NCBI GenBank assembly: GCA_018221205.1
Contig: JAAOYF010000045.1
Location: 3,264-67,263, forward strand
From: Candidatus Woesearchaeota archaeon
GTDB lineage: Archaea; Nanobdellota; Nanobdellia; Woesearchaeales; WJIZ01
Direction: 5' to 3'
Length of the DNA stretch: 64,000 nucleotides
The notes below the pieces were generated by a model. The model was given only the letters and a program-made list of their open reading frames with translations, was not told where the DNA came from and searched no databases. Position 1 is the stretch's first letter. Each line of letters starts with the position of its first letter. The position numbers and the translations under genes are program-made. Of this stretch, positions 1 through 8,881 are shown one piece after another.

Positions 1-572
1 TGAAAATCATCAACAAGAAAAAATTTGCCAGGCTGCCAGTGTATGAAGGCCATAAAGACAAGATTATGGGCATGTTCTATTACAAAGATGCATTTTCATA
101 TATCCAGAAAGGTAAATTCGATACCCCCATTGCAAAGTTGTTGAGAAGGCCGCTATTCATTCCAGAAACAAAGAAGATCGATGAGATGCTGAAATTGTTC
201 CAGATGAAAAAGCAGCAGATGGCCATCATCGTTGATGAACATGGAGGAGTGTCTGGATTGGTGACGGTCGAGGATATCCTGGAAGAGATCGTCGGTGAGA
301 TTGCAGATGAGGCAGAGCCGGTGGAGCAGGAAATCATCAAGCAGAGCGGTGACACCTATAAAATCCTGGGCAAAGCCAGCATCCATGAAGTCAACAGGAA
401 GACAAAGACCAAATTCATAGCCACAGAGGATTTTGACACCATCTCAGGATTGATCATGCATGAGCTTGGCAGCATCCCAAAAGTTGGAGAGGAGATTGTG
501 GTTGAGGGAGTCAAGCTGAAAGTGAAGAAGATTGAGGAACATAGGATTATCGAAGTTGAGCTAAAGAAATAA
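1..572 (+). CDS. Hemolysin/CorC-family CBS-domain protein (5'-truncated by window)
   Basis: CBS pair (FIPETKKIDEMLKLFQ..MAIIVDEHGGVSGLVTVEDILEEIVGEI) followed by CorC_HlyC domain (DTISGLIMHELGSIPKVGE). Confidence 0.9.
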   Translation, partial: KIINKKKFARLPVYEGHKDKIMGMFYYKDAFSYIQKGKFDTPIAKLLRRPLFIPETKKIDEMLKLFQMKKQQMAIIVDEHGGVSGLVTVEDILEEIVGEIADEAEPVEQEIIKQSGDTYKILGKASIHEVNRKTKTKFIATEDFDTISGLIMHELGSIPKVGEEIVVEGVKLKVKKIEEHRIIEVELKK

Positions 573-574
573 CA

Positions 575-650
575 AAAACCTTTATAAATGGGTTCTTTAT
601 CCTTTGACATACGCTATTCGTAGCGATTCTAATGCCGCAAGGCATGGTGA
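575..650 (+). promoter_or_regulatory. Archaeal BRE/TATA promoter and structured 5' leader of the rps19e operon
   Basis: TTTATAAA at 581-588; hairpins CGCTA-TTCG-TAGCG (612-625) and ATGCC-GCAA-GGCAT (632-645); SD GGTGA at 646-650. Confidence 0.6.
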
Positions 651-653
651 AAA

Positions 654-1148
654 ATGGCAACAGTATATGATGTGGAAGCTCAAAAGCTTATCGAACAAGT
701 AGCTAAGGAACTATCAAATAAGGATAATCTGAAAGCTCCTGATTGGAGCAGATTCGTGAAAACAGGACCTTCTAAGGATAGAGTGCCACTTGATGCAGAT
801 TGGTGGTATGTCCGGAGTGCTGCAGTCTTGAGGACTATGTATAAGGCAAATGGTCCATTAGGTGTGCAGAAATTGCGGATCAAATACGGCAGCAAGAAAA
901 ATCGCGGCCACAAACCTGAAAAATTCTACAAATCATCCGGGAAGATCATCCGAACAATCCTTCAGAGCCTAGAGAAAGAAGGCCTTATCCAGAAAGCTGA
1001 TATCGGTGTCCATAAGGGCAGAGTGATATCCGGCAAAGGAAAATCATTATTAGATAAATCAGCATCTGCTCTTGCAGGCAAACCTGCTAAAAAACCAGTA
1101 GGAAAGCCTGTTAAGAAGCAAGCTGAGAAACCTGCGAAAAATGAGTGA
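654..1148 (+). CDS. rps19e: 30S ribosomal protein S19e
   Basis: Motifs PDWSRFVKTG, WWYVRSAAVLR, LRIKYGSKKNRG, IIRTILQSLE. Confidence 0.97.
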   Translation: MATVYDVEAQKLIEQVAKELSNKDNLKAPDWSRFVKTGPSKDRVPLDADWWYVRSAAVLRTMYKANGPLGVQKLRIKYGSKKNRGHKPEKFYKSSGKIIRTILQSLEKEGLIQKADIGVHKGRVISGKGKSLLDKSASALAGKPAKKPVGKPVKKQAEKPAKNE

Positions 1149-1464
1149 TCTTGACGAGATCAGAAAGAAGAAACTGGCTGAGCTGCAACAGCATGTTAAT
1201 CAGCAGCAAGATCAGGAACAGCAGATGCAGCAGCAGGTTGCACAACTCGAGCATATGGTGAAGCAGCACCTCACCAAGGATGCCATTGAGCGATATGGTA
1301 ACCTGAAGACAGCGCATGCTGAAAAAGCATTGCGATTAATTGCAGTTGTTGCACAGGCTATCCAGCAAGGACAGATCAAAGAGAAGATCACTGATGAGCA
1401 GCTGAAGAGACTGCTGCAGGGAATAGAGCCTGCAAAGAAGGATTTCACAATCAAGCGGAAATAA
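1141..1464 (+). CDS. PDCD5-like dsDNA-binding protein
   Basis: LDEIRKKKLAELQ..LTKDAIERYGNLK..ITDEQLKRLL..FTIKRK; canonical position after rps19e. Confidence 0.92.
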   Translation: MSDLDEIRKKKLAELQQHVNQQQDQEQQMQQQVAQLEHMVKQHLTKDAIERYGNLKTAHAEKALRLIAVVAQAIQQGQIKEKITDEQLKRLLQGIEPAKKDFTIKRK

Positions 1465-1465
1465 G

Positions 1466-1639
1466 ATGGCACGAGCAAAACACCCTGGAAAAAAGAAAAG
1501 GCTAGTGAAAGCGTCGAGACAGACGAGATGGGCGCCTTTCTGGACCGTACCAAAGATGTACGGCAAAGCACGAAGGGTGCATCCTGGCAGACATACCTCT
1601 GTCAAGAGAAGCTGGAAACGTGGCAAGATAAAGGCATAA
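1466..1639 (+). CDS. rpl39e: 50S ribosomal protein L39e (not in ORF track)
   Basis: Manual translation MARAKHPGKKKRLVKASRQTRWAPFWTVPK..RSWKRGKIKA; synteny between PDCD5-like gene and rpl31e. Confidence 0.9.
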   Translation: MARAKHPGKKKRLVKASRQTRWAPFWTVPKMYGKARRVHPGRHTSVKRSWKRGKIKA

Positions 1640-1640
1640 G

Positions 1641-2180
1641 ATGGCAAAAGACAAAAAGAAGGAAGTGAAGATTGTCTTAGAGAGGACATTCAACGTCCCT
1701 TTACGCAGCTCATGGCTCAAATCTCCTAAATACCGAAGAAGCAAGAGAGCGATGACTGCTTTGAAAGCGTATCTTGTGAAGCATATGAAATCAGATGCTA
1801 TTTCCATCGGAAGGTATGCTAACATGAAAATCTGGGAACATGGTATCAGGAATCCTCCTCACCATATCAAGGTCATTGCCAAGAAAGATGAAGAAGGTAA
1901 GGTCAAAGCTGAGCTGGATGGTGCTCCTGAAGAGAAGCCTCCGGAGCCGATCAAGAAAAGAGTGAAGAAGGAAGAGCCTGAAGCAAAGGCTTTGGAAGAG
2001 AAAGTCGAGAAAGTGAAAGAAGAGAAAGCAGAAAAAGGAAAGGAAATCGAGAAAGAAGAGATCAAGGAGCTGAAGAAAGAGAAACCCCTCCAGCACGCCC
2101 CTAAGAAAGAAGCAAAACAGAAAGATGTTCATGCTCAGCCGACTGCCCCTGCTGGCAAATCTGAGATGAGAAAGCCCTAA
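1641..2180 (+). CDS. rpl31e: 50S ribosomal protein L31e with K/E/P-rich C-terminal extension
   Basis: ERTFNVPLR..KRAMTALKAYLVKHMK..IWEHGIRNPP. Confidence 0.95.
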   Translation: MAKDKKKEVKIVLERTFNVPLRSSWLKSPKYRRSKRAMTALKAYLVKHMKSDAISIGRYANMKIWEHGIRNPPHHIKVIAKKDEEGKVKAELDGAPEEKPPEPIKKRVKKEEPEAKALEEKVEKVKEEKAEKGKEIEKEEIKELKKEKPLQHAPKKEAKQKDVHAQPTAPAGKSEMRKP

Positions 2181-2236
2181 TTCTAACACAAAGATTTTTA
2201 AACAGCAAATACCTTTAATTGGAAAAAGAGATTAGA

Positions 2237-2716
2237 ATGAAGAAAGCGCAGGCTGCTATGGAATTTCTCATCACCCATGGGTGGACTATCCTTGTTGTTA
2301 TGCTTGCCCTCATCGCTCTCTCTTTTGTGGGTGTGCAAGTCACTAGACAGGCTCCTTCCCCTTGTATCGGCGAACCAGGACTGGACTGCATCGACAAAGC
2401 ATTCATTTCTGCAGAGACCAATCAGATCCAGTTTATATTGAGGAACAATATGGGTGTGGGCCTTAGCAGACTTTCTGTCATTGGTGGAGGAAATAAGTGT
2501 ACGGTAGAGAAAAGCAATACTACCTATCTACAGCCTGACGGCAGCTGGAAGAATATCAGCAATATACCCAACCATCTGCCGATTCGCATCAGTGTAGACT
2601 GCAGCAACGACATCCGCAAGGGCAAATTCAAGACATTAGTCGATGTCCAATATACCAACAATCAATCTCAATTGACACATATCAGTTCTGTTTCCATCAA
2701 TGGTGTAGCATCCTAA
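2237..2716 (+). CDS. Class III signal peptide (type IV pilin-like) protein
   Basis: N-terminus MKKAQAAMEFLITHGWTILVVMLALIAL (K-A/Q cleavage, hydrophobic helix); Cys-containing beta-rich head. Confidence 0.8.
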   Translation: MKKAQAAMEFLITHGWTILVVMLALIALSFVGVQVTRQAPSPCIGEPGLDCIDKAFISAETNQIQFILRNNMGVGLSRLSVIGGGNKCTVEKSNTTYLQPDGSWKNISNIPNHLPIRISVDCSNDIRKGKFKTLVDVQYTNNQSQLTHISSVSINGVAS

Positions 2717-2749
2717 AGATTTATTAAACTCCTTCTTGTCCCCTATCAT

Positions 2750-3715
2750 ATGAAATTACCGTTTGAGCAGATCAAAAAAGAATTGATCATCAGAAAGGAA
2801 GCGATAAGCGATCCGAATCTTGGTGAGAATCCTCTTACAAGGCCGATAAAAGAGTTGGTCTGTTTTGGTGTGGTCAATATCGACAAGCCTAAGGGACCTA
2901 CCTCTCATCAAGTCAGCGACTATGTACAGAGGATTCTCGGCATCAAAAAAGCAGGCCATTCTGGCACGCTTGATCCTGGAGTTACGGGTGTATTGCCGAT
3001 TGCACTCGGAAGAGCTACCCGGATTGTGCAGATCTTACTGCCGGCAGGCAAGGAATACCTCTGCGTCATGCATCTTCATGAAAACGTTTCTGAGAGGAAG
3101 ATACGAAAGGTGTTCAAGGACTTTACAGGAAAGATCATGCAGATGCCTCCGATAAAGTCTGCGGTCAAGAGGCAGCTCAGGGAGAGAGAGATCTATTATC
3201 TTGAGATCCTAGAGATTGAAGGGAAAGATGTCCTTTTCAGAGTTGGTTGTCAGGCAGGCACCTATATCCGGAAGCTTTGCTCTGACATAGGGAAAAAGAT
3301 CGGGAAAGGAGCGCATATGGCAGAATTACGGAGGACAAAAGCAGGGTGCTTTGATGAACAAAACCTGGTTACCCTACAAGAGCTCACTGATGCCCTGCAT
3401 TATTGGAAAGAAGGGAACGAGGAAAAGATAAGGAAGATCATCCAGCCAATCGAGGATGCTGTCAACCATCTGCCGACTGTCTTTGTGCATGACACTGCTG
3501 TCAACTCTTTATGCCATGGGCAGGATTTAGCTGTCCCAGGAATCTCAATGCTCCATAACACCATCAACCCTGGAGATCTTGTCGGGGTGATGACACTCAA
3601 GAAGGAACTGGTCGCGATAGGCGAAGCAAACCTTACCTCTATCGCGATGATCAAGAAGAAGAAAGGGGTTGCCATCAAGACAAATAAAGTGTTCATGAAG
3701 AAAGGGCTGTACTAA
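2750..3715 (+). CDS. cbf5: H/ACA RNA-guided pseudouridine synthase Cbf5
   Basis: DKPKGPTSHQV, GHSGTLDP catalytic Asp, CQAGTYIRKLC, C-terminal PUA domain. Confidence 0.96.
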   Translation: MKLPFEQIKKELIIRKEAISDPNLGENPLTRPIKELVCFGVVNIDKPKGPTSHQVSDYVQRILGIKKAGHSGTLDPGVTGVLPIALGRATRIVQILLPAGKEYLCVMHLHENVSERKIRKVFKDFTGKIMQMPPIKSAVKRQLREREIYYLEILEIEGKDVLFRVGCQAGTYIRKLCSDIGKKIGKGAHMAELRRTKAGCFDEQNLVTLQELTDALHYWKEGNEEKIRKIIQPIEDAVNHLPTVFVHDTAVNSLCHGQDLAVPGISMLHNTINPGDLVGVMTLKKELVAIGEANLTSIAMIKKKKGVAIKTNKVFMKKGLY

Positions 3716-3993
3716 TCTGCTTTGTTCATGATCTCATGCTGTATTCTTTTCGCTTCATTGAAGATGCTCAAGAAGATCTCTTCAACAAAGTCTTCAGAAA
3801 TCTGATAGTCTTTCGCGAGCTTCTTCAGGCGCTTCATGATCTGCTGCTCGCGTTTCTCCTGGAAGATGGGAACATTGTTCTTTTTCTTGTACTCTCCGAT
3901 CTCGGGCATCAAGGACATCCGCTCTCCTAATGCTGTTATCAAGACCTTATCAACACGGTCAATCTGCTTCCTGATCTTCTGGATTTTGTCCAT
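3712..3993 (-). CDS. Chorismate mutase type II (AroQ), stand-alone
   Basis: IRKQIDRVDKVLITALGERM..IGEYKKKNNVPIFQEKRE. Confidence 0.88.
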   Translation of the reverse strand: MDKIQKIRKQIDRVDKVLITALGERMSLMPEIGEYKKKNNVPIFQEKREQQIMKRLKKLAKDYQISEDFVEEIFLSIFNEAKRIQHEIMNKAD

Positions 3994-4098
3994 CTTCCCC
4001 ACATTGTCTTAGTGGTCCATATTTAAAAAGGTTTTGAAAAAGATAAGTTTTATATATTGGCCGATATTCCATAGACTAACTTTTTGGGGGTTATTACC

Positions 4099-4323
4099 AT
4101 GGAAACATCACGACCATTAGATGCATTGAATCGGGCAAGAGACAAGAAAGTCATTGTCGAACTGAAGAATCAGAAACAATTTATTGGCAAGTTAAAAGCA
4201 TTTGACATCCATATCAATGTCGTTCTTGAAGATGCTGAAGAAAGAGTAGATGGTGAAATGAAACGAAAGCTTGGAGTGGTCTTCCTCAGAGGAGATACCA
4301 TCACTATCATCTCACCGGAGTAG
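4099..4323 (+). CDS. Sm-like (Lsm) protein
   Basis: RPLDALN..GKLKAFDIHINVVLEDAEE..LRGD; upstream of rpl37e as usual in archaea. Confidence 0.95.
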   Translation: METSRPLDALNRARDKKVIVELKNQKQFIGKLKAFDIHINVVLEDAEERVDGEMKRKLGVVFLRGDTITIISPE

Positions 4324-4330
4324 AATTCTT

Positions 4331-4492
4331 ATGGGAACCGCATCAATGGGCAAAAAATCTGGGAAGAAGAATTTTGTACAGTGTCGACGTTGCGGAAAGA
4401 GGACTATGCATGTCCGTAAAAAGAAATGCTCAAGCTGCGGCTATGGCGATTCTCCTAGAAAAAGAAGCTATGCCTGGCAGAAGAAAAAATAA
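4331..4492 (+). CDS. rpl37e: 50S ribosomal protein L37e
   Basis: MGTASMGKK..CRRCG..CSSCGYG..RSYAW zinc finger. Confidence 0.95.
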   Translation: MGTASMGKKSGKKNFVQCRRCGKRTMHVRKKKCSSCGYGDSPRKRSYAWQKKK

Positions 4493-5134
4493 TCAAGTCA
4501 ATGGATCAACGTCGTTCTTGCAGTCTCGTTTGAGGAAAGAAAACTCGATATTGTCGCATATCTGCTGCTTGCCTGTCGCTTTGGCCAACCTATAGTAGCA
4601 GTTTGCTTTCATTATCTCACTATCGATATAGAAGCACTGGTTGGAATCGGTCAATGATTCTGCCTGCCTGAAGATGCAGCCATCTCTTATCGTTGTCTCT
4701 CGGATAAAAAAGCACTCATCTGTACTATTCAGCTGCTTTGCCATGATCTTATAGCATTCGTCCCTTGTCTCGAAACCGATAACTTGCCTGCATGCATCGC
4801 TTGTCTCGACTTTTCCAGCAACAGTGATAAGGCATTGATCGTGCAGTTTCTGTTCGCCAATCATGAGGCAGACCTCTTGGTCGCCCTGTAATTCTGCGAT
4901 AGAAGCAATACAAGTCCCACTTCCGAGGGTGATGCACGTCTTGATATCCTGATTCTGGATAGCTACCTCGGTCTGGCATGAGCGCTGTACGATATCATTC
5001 TGGATCTGGCTGCAGAAAGAACTATCTTGCAGTTCAAGAGCTTTCTCGAACAGGCAGTCGTCATCTGTGCAATCTGTAGATGGTCGGCATGCTATGAGAA
5101 ATAATACACCCAGCAACCAATAGATTTTTTTCAT
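4493..5134 (-). CDS. Cys-rich repeat putative lipoprotein
   Basis: Signal peptide ending LIAC; repeated C-x2-I-x7-C helical units. Confidence 0.75.
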   Translation of the reverse strand: MKKIYWLLGVLFLIACRPSTDCTDDDCLFEKALELQDSSFCSQIQNDIVQRSCQTEVAIQNQDIKTCITLGSGTCIASIAELQGDQEVCLMIGEQKLHDQCLITVAGKVETSDACRQVIGFETRDECYKIMAKQLNSTDECFFIRETTIRDGCIFRQAESLTDSNQCFYIDSEIMKANCYYRLAKATGKQQICDNIEFSFLKRDCKNDVDPLT

Positions 5135-5219
5135 CGTGCCTGGATTTTCTTCTGGCTTTAAATAGCTTTTGTATGAGTTAAGTTTTTAAATAAGTGTTAG
5201 ATACAATAGATATTCCTAT

Positions 5220-5343
5220 GCGGGGTTGCCGGAGTGGTCAAACGGGATAGGCTTAGGTCAGTCATGGTATGATGAGCGAACGCGATGACTGGAAGATACC
5301 TATTGGCTTAGTGCCTACGCAGGTTCGAACCCTGCATCCCGCA
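5220..5343 (+). tRNA. tRNA-Leu(TAG) with 40-nt intron at 37/38 (5258-5297)
   Basis: Acceptor GCGGGGT/ATCCCGC, anticodon stem ATAGG/CCTAT, TAG at 5254-5256, long variable arm, GGTTCGAAC T-loop, relaxed BHB. Confidence 0.93.
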
Positions 5344-5377
5344 TCTTTTTTAAATGGTTGATGTATCCTTCTTCAGT

Positions 5378-5839
5378 ATGGTCAAAGGCATCATCTTCGA
5401 TTACAATCGCACCCTTTTTGACCCTGTGAATAAGTCCCTTATTCCTGGTGCAAAAGAAGTTCTTGATAATCTCTCTCAAAATGGATTCAAAATAGCGCTC
5501 ATGAGCAGAACAAGTGACAAAACAAAGCGCATGGAGCAGATCCATCGGATCGGAATCATGGATAATTTCAGCCATATCCAACTCATTCAAAAAGATACTG
5601 AAGATAAGGGCTTCCACCATCTTAAGGCCTGTGCTGATAAAATGAGCTTACCTGCATCAGAGCTTGCTGTTGTTGGAGATCGTGTAAGATCTGAGATACG
5701 ATTAGGTAAAAAATTGGACATGCTCACTATTTGGTATAAGGCAGGAAAATATTCTGACGAGATGCCTATGGCTGAAGATGAAGCCCCTCACCACACCATC
5801 ACTCAACTTGGTGAAGTAATACGTATCGTGAGGGATTGA
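5378..5839 (+). CDS. HAD-family hydrolase
   Basis: Motif I IIFDYNRTL; motif IV VVGDRVRSEI. Confidence 0.85.
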   Translation: MVKGIIFDYNRTLFDPVNKSLIPGAKEVLDNLSQNGFKIALMSRTSDKTKRMEQIHRIGIMDNFSHIQLIQKDTEDKGFHHLKACADKMSLPASELAVVGDRVRSEIRLGKKLDMLTIWYKAGKYSDEMPMAEDEAPHHTITQLGEVIRIVRD

Positions 5840-5842
5840 ACC

Positions 5843-6646
5843 ATGAAAACTATCTTGATTACTGGCTGTTCTTCTGGTATAGGATTATGCCTTGCACAAG
5901 GGCTTCGAAAAAGAGGGTATCATGTCATCGCTAGTGCACGTAAAGATAAAGATGTCCACATGCTGAAGAAAGAAGGTTTCGATACCTTGTTGTTAGATGT
6001 CGACGATTCTTCTTCTATAAAGAATGTGGTGAAGAAACTCAAGAAGATAGATGTCCTGATCAACAATGCTGGCTACGGCCAGCCGGGTGCAGTAGAGGAT
6101 CTGAAAAGAGAAGATGTCAGAAAACAGTTTGAGACGAATGTCTTCGGCGCGATGGAATTGTCTGCTGCAGTCTTGCCCCTTATGCGCAAACAAGGCAGAG
6201 GAAGGATCATCAATATCAGCTCTATTCTGGGAATCGTCGCATTGCCGCACCAAGGTGCCTATAATGCTTCTAAATATGCTCTGGAAGGTTTTACTGATAC
6301 ACTGCGTCTGGAATTAAAGAATAAGAACATAAAGGCCATCCTAGTCGAGCCTGGTCCTATTGAAACGAATTTCCGTCATAATTTCAAGTCGAATTATCGG
6401 CCGCACTATAAAAAAAGCAGCCATCAGCAAGGATATGAAAAAAGAAAGAAAAGAGCAAAGAAAAAATACCCTTTCACCAAAGGGCCTGAAGCGGTTCTGC
6501 GGAAGGTCATCCATGCTGTCGAATCCAGGAATCCAAAGATACGCTATCCTGTCACCTTTCCTAGCTACTTCTTCATGGCATTGAAATGGCTTCTTACTGA
6601 TAAGATGCTTGATAAGGCCATCAAAAGGATCTATAGAAATCTCTAA
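5843..6646 (+). CDS. SDR-family oxidoreductase
   Basis: TGCSSGIG, NNAGYG, YNASK. Confidence 0.95.
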   Translation: MKTILITGCSSGIGLCLAQGLRKRGYHVIASARKDKDVHMLKKEGFDTLLLDVDDSSSIKNVVKKLKKIDVLINNAGYGQPGAVEDLKREDVRKQFETNVFGAMELSAAVLPLMRKQGRGRIINISSILGIVALPHQGAYNASKYALEGFTDTLRLELKNKNIKAILVEPGPIETNFRHNFKSNYRPHYKKSSHQQGYEKRKKRAKKKYPFTKGPEAVLRKVIHAVESRNPKIRYPVTFPSYFFMALKWLLTDKMLDKAIKRIYRNL

Positions 6647-8328
6647 CCGAACGTCAAGGCAAACCAATCCCTGAATGAAAGGAATATCTCTGTGACACTT
6701 GCCCGCCAAGAACGCTTCTGGATTTCATCAGAAGAATAGCCTAATGCGAGAGCGATCTGCTCGTATGCTCTCTTGCATTTTACCGGATCTTTCAGGTCAA
6801 AATGATTACACGGCACGACAGCATTGAAGACTGCGCCCTTGAGCTGCACACTTTTAAGCGTGACCATGCTGTCTCCTATGGGATCTATAGAACCGGCTAC
6901 AGTATAATACTCCACTATTCCTGGAGTCTCATCCTGGTTCAATATGGGATGGGAAATCTGGCCTGCCTTCTGCAGCTGTTCGCATTGTGAGGTATAATCT
7001 CGTCCATCCACAAGAGTAAGCACCATGGAAGGGACACCAATAGCTGCACAGTCCTGGATCAGCTGCTTGTTCTCTCCTAAAGGGACTTCGAGACCTTTGA
7101 ACAATTCGTACGTCTGCTCACCGTAGAGGCCTCCACGGCTTGGAGCACCCAAAAGGATGAGCTTGTGGACATTGCGGATATTGTCATCAGTAAGCATATA
7201 TGACTTCGAGATAAGTCCGCCTAAGCTATGGGCTATGATATTGACCTTGTCAGAGCCGGTGCATGCCTTGATCTTATCCACCACTTCTGAGAATGTGTTG
7301 ATGAACTGGGGCTCTTGCTTCTTATCAGACTCGACAATCCGGAGGTATGCTTCCTGTATCACATTGGAAAGCTTTGATTCTTTCTGCACGCCTTGCTTCT
7401 CATAATAGCTCGCTACAAACACTGATTTTGAGCTGATTTCTGGACATGAAGCATCGAAGATGTCCAGCTCGTGTCCATTCTCGTAGCCCAACCCGTTCAC
7501 GAGCGCCCTCTGTAATTTGCGCAGCCTGATAGGGGAACTGGCAAAACCATGGAGAAGAATTGTCGGATAGGTATCCTTTCCTGCAGATACCTGCTGATCT
7601 TCACAGCTACAATCAGGAGAGGAACATCCTTCACGGGGATACGTGCAGATACCATCACCTTCGACAAAAGAGTTTCTTGAGCACTTCCCCACTACACATT
7701 GTTCACCATACCTGCAGTCCACGTCGCTTACACAGAAGCTCGGCGGTATGATGCAATCCTTGCAGGTGAAGGAGGATTCTGGCAATGAACAAAGCCTGTC
7801 GCCGCATTGTGTACAGGTCTGTGGTGTGCAGAGCGAGCTGCATTCTTCTAATTTCTCAAGAGGCCTGCCGCAATTATCAATGAGCCATCTTTCGTTGTCC
7901 CTGCAGCCTACTTGGGCATAGAGGCTGCATCCGATGGTGCAGTTCTTCGCACAGAGACTGAAATACTCGTCAAAATTCTTCATGAAGCTGACGAATCCAT
8001 TTTCCAGACAGACTTCCTCGCAGGCAAATGGAGTATTGCCAGAGATGACAAATGATGCAGAAAGATCATTGAGAGAAGTTCCTGATCTCCCGATATAGGT
8101 AAAATCGACAGGTCCGATGGGGGCGCCTTGCAGAGTGATAAATCCGTACGCATTGCCGTTGATGATGAAATGAGCCCTATCTTTTATAGGATCGATAGTA
8201 GTAAAAGAGACAGATATGTTAATCTCTGGGGTGACAAAGTAGCTTGTGTGGCCGAACTTCACTGAGCTGGAGATATCAGCGTATACTAACGGGATAAGTA
8301 AGATAATCAAGAGCCACGCCTTTTTCAT
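6643..8328 (-). CDS. Secreted Cys-rich protein with C-terminal alpha/beta-hydrolase (lipase-like) domain
   Basis: Signal peptide; CGDxxC/GDGIC repeats; LLHGF oxyanion motif, AHSLGG nucleophile, GDSMV Asp, NH His. Confidence 0.82.
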   Translation of the reverse strand: MKKAWLLIILLIPLVYADISSSVKFGHTSYFVTPEINISVSFTTIDPIKDRAHFIINGNAYGFITLQGAPIGPVDFTYIGRSGTSLNDLSASFVISGNTPFACEEVCLENGFVSFMKNFDEYFSLCAKNCTIGCSLYAQVGCRDNERWLIDNCGRPLEKLEECSSLCTPQTCTQCGDRLCSLPESSFTCKDCIIPPSFCVSDVDCRYGEQCVVGKCSRNSFVEGDGICTYPREGCSSPDCSCEDQQVSAGKDTYPTILLHGFASSPIRLRKLQRALVNGLGYENGHELDIFDASCPEISSKSVFVASYYEKQGVQKESKLSNVIQEAYLRIVESDKKQEPQFINTFSEVVDKIKACTGSDKVNIIAHSLGGLISKSYMLTDDNIRNVHKLILLGAPSRGGLYGEQTYELFKGLEVPLGENKQLIQDCAAIGVPSMVLTLVDGRDYTSQCEQLQKAGQISHPILNQDETPGIVEYYTVAGSIDPIGDSMVTLKSVQLKGAVFNAVVPCNHFDLKDPVKCKRAYEQIALALGYSSDEIQKRSWRASVTEIFLSFRDWFALTFG

Positions 8329-8401
8329 TACGATAATCCTAGAAGGAAGGCTATAAAAACATTTCTGAAAAGTTTATAAGCTTCAGCATAATTTTACCTG
8401 T

Positions 8402-8734
8402 ATGGCCATTGCAATACTGATGATCATCATTATCATCCTCTTCTCCTTCTGGATGCTTTTCCTTTTTTTGGAGTGGGCAATCATGGGAATAGTGAATTTT
8501 CTGCTTCTGATCGTCATCATACTGCGAGAATATGCTGATCTGCATACAAGGAAATACCTAGCCTATTATGTCATCGGGGCAGCAGTTGGGTGGCTGGCCC
8601 TGTTCTCTGGCATAGCAGATCTCTTGTCTCGATTACAGGTGTTGCTGCCTGTACAATTCTTATTGGTTGCGTTTGTTGTGGCTCAGATCCTGATTTTCAT
8701 TGATAAGAAATATATGCAGCCGAAAATACCCTAG
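8402..8734 (+). CDS. Small multi-pass membrane protein
   Basis: Hydrophobic ORF (3-4 TM) with TATA-like TTTATAA about 25 bp upstream. Confidence 0.65.
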   Translation: MAIAILMIIIIILFSFWMLFLFLEWAIMGIVNFLLLIVIILREYADLHTRKYLAYYVIGAAVGWLALFSGIADLLSRLQVLLPVQFLLVAFVVAQILIFIDKKYMQPKIP

Positions 8735-8881
8735 TATACTCTTCTCCTCCAAAATGGGGCAAAGGTTTATATATGGCTAAACTCAAAAAGTTAGTACGAG
8801 TTGGGGGTGGTTTAGGAGCGGTTGCTTCTTTTTTTTCTTCTAAAGTAAAAATATTTAAGCTAGCGATTTCTTAATCAGCCT

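Noticed and set aside
5258-5297. Box C-like ATGATGA in the tRNA-Leu intron (possible C/D guide RNA)
   Set aside because: No CTGA box D, and too short for guide regions.
8773-8874. 33-codon ORF MAKLKKLVRVGGG...
   Set aside because: Starts within the TATA element and runs through a T-tract; unlikely to be coding.
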